Below are positions 49,031 through 61,355 of a stretch of 64,000 bases of DNA, piece after piece. The first letter of the stretch is position 1; each line of letters opens with the position of its first letter. A program made the translations under genes and the position numbers. Under the pieces are notes generated by a model. The model had not been told where the DNA came from and made no database searches. It worked only from the letters and a program-made list of their open reading frames with translations. The DNA comes from Magallana gigas (taxonomy: Eukaryota). The stretch is from NCBI RefSeq assembly GCF_963853765.1, contig NC_088858.1:9486001-9550000 (forward strand), written 5' to 3'.

Positions 49031-49378
49031 CAATTTGGCCCCACCCTAGAGCCTGAGCCCCTGACCAAGGGGCCATGAATTTCATCGGACATCATGACCA
49101 TGCAACGAGTTTTATCCACACATGTATGGGAGTAGAGAAGATTTTTGAAAAATTTTGCTTTTTTTTTTTTGCATATTTGGACCCATCATTCTGTGGTGCC
49201 CCGGGGGTGGTAGAGCCAACAAATTGGATTCCTCTTACCATAGAGATGCCTCACACCAAAAATGGTAACAATTAACCTTGTTCATTTTTAGAAGCAGTTA
49301 AAAATGTTAAACTGTTAACGCACGACGGACGACGCACCGCGACGGACGAAAACGGATAGCAATTGGTCACCTGAGTTT
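49031..49378 (-). mobile_element. HINE fragment carrying Cg170-like satellite sequence
   Basis: GGCCCCACCCTAGAGCCTGAGCCCCTGACCAAGGGGCCATGAATTTC...GGGAGTAGAGAAGATTTT resembles the oyster Cg170 monomer as recalled from memory (not database-checked). A (GACG)n microsatellite and GGTCACCTGAG end are typical of HINEs. Confidence 0.7.
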
Positions 49379-49571
49379 ACGTTTGAATTTTGTACAATTT
49401 TACGTCATTTTATAGGTCAAATGACCGATTTTATCTACAATGAAGAGTAAAAAAATTAAATTATAAGCAATGAATTCAATATTTATTAGTTTTATACGAT
49501 TAATATGGTTTGAAACTGCCCCAAACCATTTTATATCGTACAAAACAAATAAATATTGAATTCATTCCTTA
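49376..49571. mobile_element. Terminal fragment of a long-hairpin element (family of 20440-21695)
   Basis: Arms TAAGCAATGAATTCAATATTTATT...ATGGTTTG / CAAACCAT...AATAAATATTGAATTCATTCCTTA; internal ACGTTTGAATTTTG. Confidence 0.6.
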
Positions 49572-50664
49572 AATAAATAAAAGTAAAAGCTTTGCCACAA
49601 AAGATTCGATTTATAAAAGTGCGAAATGGTCAATCGGATCAAGGCATGAAACGTACGTGAAAACAAGAACAATTCAGGGAGTTGGATTGCGTTCAGAAAA
49701 AATTAAAAATACTAGCGTATGGCAAATTTGGTATATGACAATTTCGTTGTCTCTACGTATCTGTAACCTTGAAAGTGATCTATTCTTGCAAACAGAAAAG
49801 GTCGTACTACGTTTGTGAAAATGCACTATAGGAACTCAGGAGCCGTGCAGTCTGGTCACTGCTTATAGAAAAACCCCTCGGGTTCGAAGTTAAACTGAGT
49901 AATGTGATCTTGCGATCTTTTTCATAACTATAAAAGGCGACAGTTATTATTTATTTAAACAATATTTTATTATGTAAAAAATATCACATAATAGGATTGG
50001 GCAGCAGGCAATCTGCCTATTTGAGCCCTCTCCTTTAACAGTCAATTTGACAAACATTGATGGTACAATGTAACAATAAAATATAGTAGAGAAAAATAAA
50101 GGAAAAAATAATATTTGTTATTATGACTCTCTACACTCTATGACACATAGTGAAGTAACAATCATGTAGCAGTACTGTACATAACAGAGTATTTTTCTAT
50201 ATATTACATAGTTACATGTATGAGGTTATATCTTGCATACACATTTTATGTTACATTACATGCGAAATCAAATTATATGTATAAACGAAATAAATTCCAA
50301 ACCTTCAAAGGAATATTTTTTTTCTGTTGCCCGAATTTGACATTTTTCAATGTTCGATTATTATAAATTGATATCTATGAAGAGATGAAATTGTGTACTT
50401 TGTAAAACGAATTTGGCTTTTTAGAGAAACTGTTTTTTTATAGGTAATATCCCCAGGTGACTCCTAGAGGTACAAAAATGAGTTTAATGAGCAAACTAAG
50501 GGTGAATGTTTTGAAAGCACTGCGTGTAAAATAAATATAGTAAATGTAACAGAAATTGTTTTAAAACGGATGCATGAAGCATTGCTACGTAGTTATAGAA
50601 AGGTATGAAATCTGTTTCATCTTTCATCTTTATCTATTGGTGGTTGAAGTGTGACCGGCATTTA

Positions 50665-50843
50665 TTTTTATAAATAAAAAATGTTTTCCTCTTAGAGAAG
50701 ATCCATGATGTCTTCTTGATAGCTGACCAAGCTTTCATCCGGGTCGTTTTTAGCAATATTTTTATAAATAAAAAATGCTTTCCTCTTGGAGGAGACCCAT
50801 GATTACCGCTTCTTGATAGCTGACCAAGCTTTCGTTAGCAATA
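50665..50843. repeat. ~94-bp tandem duplication
   Basis: TTTTTATAAATAAAAAATG...CTTCTTGATAGCTGACCAAGCTTTC...TAGCAATA occurs twice. Confidence 0.8.
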
Positions 50844-51555
50844 CCCGCCCTGGACCTGGTTAAGGAAGCCTACAGTTTGTGGATTGGTTGTAAGGGCTAA
50901 CCTTTTCTTAACCGTTTCTAACTGTATCAAAATAAAAAAAAATCAAAGAATAAAGTAAAATATCCCATGTTGATGGATCATAGCTAGCATAAAAACTGTA
51001 TAATTAGAAACAATAGCGTTAAAAAAATCAAGGTTACTCCCTTAAGGCCATAATCTAAAACAATGGGCTTGCTGTCAATTAATACATGTAAATAGGAATT
51101 GACTTCGATTATGTATTCCTTTGTTATTCATATAAAATGTCATGCTAACTCCTTTTTATCGCTTAATAACCTTGATCGGGAGTTTCCCTGTTAAACTCTC
51201 TGGGTATTCCCAAGGAGGACAATCCGAGTTTTTATGATCAATTAGGAACTGATTGCTTACTTTGCAGGGAGTTTTGATCATGGGAAAAAGCCACAAAGAT
51301 TGATCACTTACAGTTAGCGCCAATATCAATAAGAAACACGGTGCTAGCAATTTGGGTCGAGTCAAAGCGTCATGTTTGCTTTCATATTAAGTTATTGCTA
51401 ATTGACCGTAACCCAATTTGTCACTGCCATTTATTTTATTTTTAGCAGTATCATGAATGTCCTTAAAGTAAATAATTAATCTTGTATATTATCATGCATT
51501 AAAGTCTGTGAACTTAAGAATAATAAATCAACAACCACAAAAAAAAACAACATTT

Positions 51556-52203
51556 TAAGGCCACCTTATTCACTTAGGTGACTTAATGCATTTGACACCC
51601 TTCAGTCGTCGTGTCCGTCCGTCCGAGATCACTTCCCCGGTGAAAATTTTCACTCCTCTTGACCCAATCAAGTTCATACTTCACCCAAAGAGTGCCTTTG
51701 TGTAAAGGGTGTGCAGTGACCTTGAACACCAATTTTTTTGGTCATAGCAAAAAAATGTTAAATATTCTTGTTCGGATCATATATTTTTTTTTCTCTTTCC
51801 TTTATCCAATCTGGCGTTATTCCAGATTTTTTTTAAAACAGTCATTAATCTGAGATTTTTATTTGGGAGAGTAATAGAAATTATATTTGAAATTGACCTA
51901 AAGAACCAAATTTACAGAGAAATACAATAAATACCTATTCAAAAAAGGGTTGTTTTTTTTCTCAGTCAGCTGCAAACATATCCTATTATTATATTCTTTC
52001 GTTTTATCCCTATTTGGTAATTGATGTGCAGTGATCTTTATTATATTCAGTTTTGGATCACGAATTCTTTTCCATTGACTAAGACCAAAATAAAAACTAC
52101 CTTTGTTTCTCCTACAGACCAATCCACACTTTACAAAAGTTATGTCCCTTGGCCGCCATCTTGGGGGGAGGGGCATAGGTGTCTCACAGAAGCCTTTGTA
52201 GTT
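51556..52203 (+). mobile_element. Probable HINE-type element
   Basis: 5' palindrome CACCT...AGGTGA, GTCCGTCCGTCC microsatellite at ~51613, 3' AGTTATGTCCCTTG...GGGGCATA...TAGTTT end. Confidence 0.5.
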
Positions 52204-53825
52204 TAGGGGTTTGTTACTTTGTCATTTTGCAATAAGATTCCGTGTCCTTTGTGTATTTTGATTGCCCCATGCAGAGTGGGACAACCCACACACCGAAGGA
52301 ATAAAATAAATTCAAAGAGATTTTATCACAGGTCGCCCAAATATTTGGAAGCATAAAAAGGAAAAAGTTTGGTTTTTCCCTTTTGACCTTTGGGTTGACC
52401 CCGCAAAGGGAAACGACTTTTGCAAAGTGTGGATTGGACTATTACCGACTCTATTAAATCCGTCGACTGAAATCGTTTTACCAGATTGAAAAGGGGCAAT
52501 TTATTTTTATACTAAAACTTAATTTTACCCAATTCCGTTTTTAGCATAACAACATTTGTTTGTTTTGTCTTATACAATAATCTTTTTTGTAAGCCTTGAT
52601 CATCAACATGGGCGAAATACTCACTTTCTGGTCGATAACTTCGCCGGAATTTCATCCGAGAGAGAAGTTGAAGTCGCCATATACATGCATTCTGAGTTTA
52701 CGATCGTGTAAATAAACCCAGAAGACAATAAAATAAAAATTATCTAAATTCAAAAGACATCGTCACGGTCTCAGTTAATCCAACTTTTAATTACTCTCGA
52801 TTGTCTTATCTTTAGCTCTTTAGGGGGTTACAAATACGGGTGATGCAATCAAATACTGTGCATTGAAAATTACAACCGATGTTAACTTTATTACTTTTGG
52901 TGTTAATATTACTAATATTTGGTATCTTGTAATTAGTTAATTACTCTGTCAAATTGATGTCAACAAATGAATGTTTAAAAAATAAATAAAAAAAGCGTTT
53001 GTCTTCAGTTCTTCAAAATAAAAAAGATCCTCTTTATAACGGTTGTAATTGGAATAAATGAAATAAATTGAATTTAACAAATTAAATAAGTTTTTAAAAA
53101 TTTTAGAGGTTAATTTTTTTGTTTTTATTGACTTGCTTCTTATTAAGGTTGAATTTGTGCATATCATCATTCTAGTACTGTTATGTGGTTGTCAAATAAT
53201 GGAAGTCCCCCTGATTTCTCAAACTTCTCCTTATTATTCCGTTAGGTAGAGGTGAAGTCTGCCTAAAATTTTGCCCTAGGTTGGTCCCTGTGATATGAAG
53301 GACTAATTGCGTTGTGAAGAATTTTAAATAGTTCTCTTGAATTCATCAAATTTTAAGTAGACCGAAACGAAGGAGTTGGTTTTGGTAATGACTATACTTG
53401 AAGTGAAATTGGGTAAATTAACAAAAACTTTATTTTCTAAACATTTTTTTTTATTCTTTGGCACAATCTTATCTTATTTTGGGTTAATATATCTTTCTGT
53501 AGACACCTATTTTCTTGTCAAAGAAAGATATTCTCTGAAAGTGTATGAAGATGCATGGAGTGATTTTGTGTAAACTTGATATTGTAGAATCGTAAAAATG
53601 ACTTCACAATCATTTACATATATTACATAACCTTTATCAAATATTGTAATTGTTTTTATATACTTTTAGACATTTATAAACCAAAACTTAAGAAAATAAT
53701 TGATATTTTGTTGTCATGTATATTATTATTAAAACGATATTAAAGTACATCAACATTGAAATAATAATGATTCTATTCTTGTACATCTGGTCATTGAAAC
53801 AAACATGTTTAAATGTACAATAAAC

Positions 53826-54827
53826 AATATTACTAAAACCGATTTGGTTTGACTTTACCGATCGCGTCGCGTTCAACTCTTTCAGCTACGTCATACATAA
53901 ACAATACCCGCACCTTAACCACAATTTTTTTATTGGTGGATTCAGCTTACCGCTGATTGGCTGCTGGTTAACTAAGACTAAATTATGCACGGACAGAACA
54001 ACACCATATCTGAGAATGAAAAATTCACATGGGTACTCGTGACTGTCGAAATTGGGCTATTTTTCGAAAGTGTACACTTGTGATAAAACAATACATACGG
54101 TACATAACATAAATAGCTGTAGCTCTATGTATAAATTTTGGGTTAGAAAATATAAAGCTACAGTGCATACAATACTTATATGTACAAAAAAAAACTTTAC
54201 GGCAATTTGCCGCATATAAAAATAACGCTATTTTTGAAAAAAATAATAATTCTTCATTTAGTTTACTACTGTTAATAATTGTATTTTACTTGCCCCAAAC
54301 TTTCTCCTATTAAACAACCTTCTTCCGTACTCGGAAGGCGGATCAAGAACTGTATTTTTTATGTATGTAAACAAACCATTGTTCATGTATGGAGCTGGTG
54401 ATCGGCGGTTCAGAGACAGGTAAAATAAAGAAATCTGCAGTAAATGGTTTGTGGATATTTTAGTATATATATATATATAATATTACACCGAAAGTGATAG
54501 GGCAACAGAAGAGAAACGAATCGGACACTTGTCTAATGAAGACGCACATGTACAAACCCCCTTGCACTCTCCACTTCCGTCTCGTTCTTTCACACCATCG
54601 TTCAATTCTTTTATTGACTGTCGATTGCCGATCGAAAGGTGTACAAATCGAGGAATTCATATCTATCACTTCGACTGGCAAGTTATTAGGTAATACATGT
54701 GCAAATTACACATTTACGGTATTTACATGAATTGAACGCTTAGCACATGCAACTTCTAAATATTATATTTTTTATAACGCCGTACTCTGGACCGTAGCTT
54801 GAGTTGAGGCTATGGTTTAACGCCCGT

Positions 54828-54873
<46 letters not shown>

Positions 54874-55117
54874 TTTTGCACAGAATTTAAACATAGGGGA
54901 TAGTCGATTTTGAATGAATAATATTGGGGGGAAATGAACTGTTCTGAGAAATCCTTCAGCTCTGGCATTGCATAAGCATGTACTGATAGCTCCGCCTAAC
55001 TCAACCAATCATAAAGTTTTCACAACGGCGGCGTGTATAATTTATGCATGACGTAGCTGACAGAAATGATCGTGACGCTATAGGAAAAGTCAAACCAAAT
55101 CGGTTTTGATAATATTC
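53826..55117. mobile_element. ~1.3-kb TIR element with ~70-bp imperfect arms and internal (TA)n and (GA)n
   Basis: AAAACCGATTTGGTTTGACTT...CAGCTACGTCAT is mirrored by ATGACGTAGCTG...AAGTCAAACCAAATCGGTTTT. Confidence 0.7.
54833..54870. repeat. (GA)n microsatellite
   Basis: About 19 GA units. Confidence 0.95.
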
Positions 55118-56021
55118 AATTGTAAATTTGATATTATATCTGTTTAACATTCCATTGGTAAAAGCATAACAATTGTTTACAATCGGTCATGTTTTTTTAG
55201 TTTTGTAATTAATAAAGGATTGCTATGCTCACTGTATTTTAAATTCCAACTGGCAGAAATTAAAAACAAATTACCTACTTACATGTAACTACCCATCTTT
55301 ACAGTTGTTGGTCGGGTTAGCGGAAACAGAGATATTTTTAACGATGGCCTAATTTTTGCTCATATTAAACCTTTTTTGTTCGCCATTTAGATTCTTATAT
55401 TGCATCAATCAGATGTCTATATTTATCCTTTGGGCCTGTGTCTCATAAGAACGTAATCAATCAAACTGAATACGCAGTACGGGGGTTTATCATTATCAAC
55501 ATCATAATTTTTTTATTGTGGTTTCGGTGTATTTTCCCCCAACAATATGACAACACCAAAGACTCATTGACATTAGAAAATTTCCAATTCAGACATCATT
55601 ATTATATGTTTCTTTTGTTTTTGCATATTTTTGCATATGCATAGATTGCTTATTAATCTTACTTACATAATACATGTACATCCATTTCTTTATATTTTGC
55701 GCAGTTGACGACATGTACTTAGTTTGGTTTTATATCACTTGGTAATTCATACATATTTATTACTTAACGTCCAAACATAGCACAGTTGGATTATCATTTG
55801 TGGTGTGCATTGAAGACCGATACATGTATGCCATGAGAACGTATGGCAAATATTTATCCAAGCCATACTGGTGGTCAGAAGACATAGGCAGTCGGCATTG
55901 TTGTTAAGGTTTCTCTCCACTATTCCATCTTATGTCGAGTGAAAAGCAATAGATCGAGTTTTTATGATACCTTACAAATTACATAGTTCCAAAAATAACT
56001 TACTTTTGTTCATCCTGTTAT

Positions 56022-56225
56022 AGAAACAGCCAGACTGAAATTTACACGCCCCATTTATCGATTGGTCGAAATCTACAGCGGCTGAAACTGACAGGACTAA
56101 AATTGACATGCCCTGTTTATCGATTGGTCTGAACCTACAGCGACCTAAGTAAACTCACGGACTGCACGAAATAATCATGATGATGCCAGACTCAAAGTAT
56201 CACAAGAGACGATATGGCTGTTTCT
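56022..56225. mobile_element. ~200-bp MITE-like element with an internal ~57-bp direct repeat
   Basis: TIR AGAAACAGCCA / TGGCTGTTTCT; internal TTTATCGATTGGTC...CTACAGCG occurs twice. Confidence 0.55.
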
Positions 56226-58490
56226 TTTAGCTAACGTACTTATGTACATTAACAGTAATTTAGTGAATTTTACTAACTTTTCATAATCAATTTATTAATT
56301 AGTTAAAGAAAGATGTAAATATAAACAATAAAATGCTTTCTTTGATGATTCATGCAGGTTTTGAAGGTAGCGATCATTGCAGGAAAAATTAACATAACCC
56401 GCTAACGCGGTACATCCTATGTACTCATCTGCTACTATCACGACTAAAGTCAGTGTTATAAGACTACCAATTACAATAACCAAAGTTGATTGGTTTTATC
56501 AAAAAAAATAATTAGCAGCGGTTTTATGCAAAGCAGCCTGAGTAAAATCTCTCGATAAGATATTAATTTCAATTGATTAGACCATAAAAGTATTTTTTTT
56601 TCTCCTTTTGCAAGGTAAAAATATCTATAGTCTGTCCCGTGATATTTATGCAGTACGAATACGTTTGGACGATTTTTAATAAAAGTACGCATATGTGTGA
56701 AAGAAGTACAATTGAAATAGATGAAAGGGAAAATTTCCAAGATGATTTCATTCACTCCGAAAAATCCATAGGAACGAAAACGATTTCTTACGGAGATTTA
56801 TAATTGAGAATATTTACATCTTTACTTCATTTGGAAATCACACGAAACATCTCGCGCAATTTTTCAACGTTATCATCCGGGCTTGCTGCAATATAAAATC
56901 CCCGTAGACATCGCATTTTTAGCCGTGTATTGAAACCTGATAAGCTAACGGGGAGTTTTAACTGAGAAATCTTCATACTTTGGAATGAACATCGTTTGAA
57001 CCCTGAGATATTTATAAATATCGAGTAATTAGGCAAAATGTGAATCGAGGATATCTCGGGACAGAGTATAGGGCTTAATTCAGATTAAGAGTGAAGCACC
57101 AAGTGTCTCAATCTTCTTTAAATTTACTACATCAAGCACTTCATTTTTCTCTCTCGACCATTGCTACTCCATGAAAATGGAAGACCTTGTTTTCTGATTG
57201 CATTAAACAAACATTAACAACGTCTTTCTTTTGACCACTTTTTTTGAAGACAGTGTGAAGCTTAATTTAGAGTTCATTTACTTATTACATTGTACATCTT
57301 TATGTCGATTTCTGTTAGGTTTTCTGAAAGGTGAAAAAAGAGTTCATTATTTTATCAATCAAATCTTTCTTTTTGTTTCAATTTAACATCATACGTTTTA
57401 AAGTTACGTAAATTAGGAATCGGATTGTTCTTCATAGTGTTGAATAATGCAATGATTTATATAGTGTCGGTATATACTTTTTCTTGATATAGATTTACAC
57501 ATTTACACATTGTCGACTTATGTCCCCCATGGGACGCAGTGGATTATATCAAGTAAGTCATTTAAACATTTTCTTGCTTAACAATTAATATTTCACCAAA
57601 ATTTGATGTTTTGTTGGATTAATTCATTTCACAAAAATTGATTTTTTATGGAACCTGAAAAACATTTCAGAAACTAAATAAAACAATTTAACCAAAACAG
57701 TTTAAACAAATACAAGAATTCTTTTGCAATATGTTCTTCCTCTTTTTTACTAATTAGCCCTACTATTATTTTTACTTTATTGATTGAGTCTTAAGAATTC
57801 TTATGAATATTTTATTTATGAATATTTTTTTTTAAAAATGATTTTTATAAATCAGAACACATATGAGGTAAAATGAATGTAATATAAAATGATAATTCCT
57901 CACGAATCCCTAGAAATAAAAAAAGTGATGGCAAAATTTCACGGTTGGTCCATCGACGATTTTCATTTTTTTTTTTGCCAATACTGCAAGAACATCAAAA
58001 GACATGACAGCATTGATTTATGAACAGATAGAGCAATGAAATAAGTTCTTCATGGAATCTACGTGGAATAATTGCCAAAAAGTCTTTTTGGGAAAGTTTG
58101 ATTCTCAGATCGTTTTAACGAGAAAATTGAACTTAAAATATCGTGTTAGAACCGAGTCCCCGTTTACATGTCGTTAGTGTCACGATAATATCACTGTTTT
58201 TCATGTTTAATGATCTAACTTTGGAAGAGATTACATTTTTCATAGATTATTTTAGTTTACATTTTCATTTACGCAACATTCCTGTTTTAGTTATTAGTGT
58301 ATTAAAGTCAACAAATCAATATACTGGGAAATACATAAATATATATGATCTTATTTCGTTTCATTACAGTTCATATAGGTAAAACTGGTAGCATTGAAGG
58401 GGATATAATGCAAGAATATTTTTATATGACTTATTAAATAACAAAAAACTCGAGAAGATGGACTATAAAACCAATTGACACTGCATATGG

Positions 58491-59503
58491 GGCAATCGGT
58501 TTTTAGAACGCAGTTCGCAGTTCGCAATTGAATAGTGAACTGCGTTCTATCTAGAGCGCAGTTCGCAATTCAAAATTTAGTGCGATTGAATAGTGAACTG
58601 CGTTCTATCTAGAACGCAGTTCGCAATTCAAAATTTAAAATTCATATTTGGGGCCCGCCTGCCTTATATGCAATTGAATAGTGAACTGCGTTCTATCTAG
58701 AACTGAGATAGAACGCAGTTCGCAATTCAAAATTTAGAATTCATATTTGAGGCCCGATTGCCTTATATGCAATTGAATAGTGAACTGTGTTCTATCTAGA
58801 ACGCAGTTCGCAATTCAAAATTTAGAATTCATATATTGGGCCCGCTTGCCTTATATGCAATTGAATAGTGAACTGCGTTCTATCTAGAACGCAGTTCGCA
58901 ATTCAAAATTTAGAATTCATATTTGAGGCCCGATTGCCTTATATGCAATTGAATAGTGAACTGCGGCCTATCTAGAACGCAGTTCGCAATTCAAATTGTT
59001 GAATAGTGAACTGCGTTCTATCTAGAACGCAGTTCGCAATTCAAAATTTAGAATTCATATTTGGGGCCCGATTGCCTTATATGCAATTGAATAGTGAACT
59101 GCGTTCTATCAAGAACGCAGTTCGCAATTCAAATTGTTGAATAGTGAACTGCGTTCTATATAGAACGCAGTTCGCAATTCAAAATTTAGAAGCCCGACTG
59201 CCATATATTCAATTGAATAGTGAACTGCGTTCTATCTAGAACGCAGTTCGCAATTCAAAATTTGGGGCCCGATTGCCTTATATGCAATTGAATAGTGAAC
59301 TGCGTTCTATCTAGAACGCAGTTCGCAATTCAAATTGTTGAATAGTGAACTGCGTTCTAGATAGAACGCAGTTCGCAATTCAAAATTTAGAATTCCTATT
59401 TGAGGCCCGCTTGCCTTATATGCAATTGAATAGTGAACTGCGTTCTATCAAGAACGCAGTTCGCAATTCAAAATTTAGAATTCATATTTGAGGCCCGATT
59501 GCC
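58491..59503. repeat. Palindromic minisatellite/satellite array (88-bp and 49-bp units, ~13 hairpin cores)
   Basis: Core TTGAATAGTGAACTGCGTTCTA-TC-TAGAACGCAGTTCGCAATTCAA; the array is bounded by inverted GGCAATCGG / CCGATTGCC. Confidence 0.95.
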
Positions 59504-60534
59504 GATTTACTTAATATGATTAAATCAGAACGCTTCCTTTTTGTAACTAACCTTGAATACAACAAAAGTTTTATTCACACAATTCAGTTATGATAACAAT
59601 TTGATATCAACAGATCACACAAATTTTCAGAGCTTGGTTTTCGGATGGATATTCACATGTTGCATAATTATTATCATTTTTTTTTCGAATGGAAATTTCT
59701 CAAAAATCAGTAAATGTAATTTACCGCTGTATAAAACTATCCTTAAAAATCTATCCCTTTTACAGTTTACAAAAAAAGTGCATGAGTGTAAAAAAAAATA
59801 AATGACACTCCTCATATTCGATCTCGAAAGGGAATGGATGGGGGTTCGATTCACAGTTTACACTTTTCCATTAACAAACCGCTAGTTTCAGGCGATGTCG
59901 ATGTTGGAAAACGGTGCAAAGATTTCAACATACAATTGTCTATGAGCACATGCCGTATTCGTTTTGATCCGTTTTTGATATACCGTTTTAAATGTATTGA
60001 ATATTAATCATTTTCAACAATTGGAAAGTTGTTATTAAACTTTCAACAAGTTACATCTGCATAACCGGTCACTTCTGAAAGATAGAGAAAGTCGAAGGAA
60101 ATAATAGCTGTTAGATTACACGTACGTTCTGGAAGTGTAAACAAAACAAGAAAACATTTGGTTTCATTCCCCGATTGTATGGATTGATTAATTCAGATTT
60201 GTATGCAACATACAAACTCCAAAGTGATTTTTATAAATTATGTTTGAAAGCCTATTTACATTGACCGATGACAAATGCAGCATTCTGTGTTATATTTTTA
60301 ACCGCCTTAAAACAGGAAGAGTATTTTTATGGGACTAAAGACATATACAGATTGACGTTTACATACCACAAAAGAAGAAAACAACAGATAATGTCGTTGC
60401 ATGTTTACATTGTGCTATAAATTGTGAACCAAGTAATTTATCTGAGATATTTTACATATTAATAATTGGATGATTCTTATCAAAGACAGTTATGCACAAA
60501 CCTTAAAAATTGTAGGGACAACATTCACACATTG

Positions 60535-60662
60535 CTATCTTAGTGGCTGATATACATGTACGATAACTATCTTAGTGGCTGATATACATGTACGATAACT
60601 ATCTTAGTGGCTGATATACATGTACGATAAATATCTTAGTGGCTGATATACATGTACGATAA
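60535..60662. repeat. 32-bp tandem repeat x4
   Basis: CTATCTTAGTGGCTGATATACATGTACGATAA; three perfect copies and one with a single mismatch. Confidence 0.95.
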
Positions 60663-61355
60663 CGTCTCGTCATTAACCCGTCAGTGTTTGATGGATTCCA
60701 CAAACGCAACTTACAGGCATATAGAGGCCTGAAGGGGGATTCATTCGATTTATCCCACCCCCTTGATGGTTATCTAGTTTTAGCATAAAAATCTGATTAT
60801 ATAGATATTGCGAGAACTTAAATTTCGTATTACTTATACAAAATTTTACTTCATAGGAGACTTCTTCAAAACGTAAGAGTCTTTGAAATGGGTACATCAC
60901 GCTTCCTGTAACTAATAAAAATGTCTTAAGCGAAAATTTGCTTTTGCATGACATACGATTGACAGTCATACGAGGCGGTGAAGCACTCTGGGGAAGCCAT
61001 GAGTTTTTACAGGCCATAGCAGACTTCAGTAGAACGTCAGAGGAGCCCCACCATTCACCAGTTACAGCAATAAGCAGATTGATTATGATCAGAGAGAAAA
61101 CAATAAACTTGTCACGAATCCCAAGGAATAAAAATCTTTAATTTTATTTTCATAATAAACAATGGAATATATTGTTTCTAGATGACCTATTTTAACGAGA
61201 TGTGTCTCATTCATTTTCATCATCATCCATTATTCTTAACTACGTGAACAGACAAATCAGTGATGCTTGTTGAAAATATTTGTATAGTGATTTTCTACAA
61301 CAAATATAAAAAATGGAAAACACAAATCCATTTATCTTGCATACATGTACCGTTA

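Noticed and set aside
49945-50640. Possible second LINE 3' end on the minus strand (AATAAA plus (AATA)n tail, hints of an ORF2 C-terminus)
   Set aside because: The translation is too degenerate to support a call by eye; it needs BLASTx or RepeatMasker.
58491-59503. CRISPR-like appearance (palindromic repeats at regular spacing)
   Set aside because: The intervening sequences are themselves repeated rather than unique spacers, there are no cas genes, and the context is eukaryotic.
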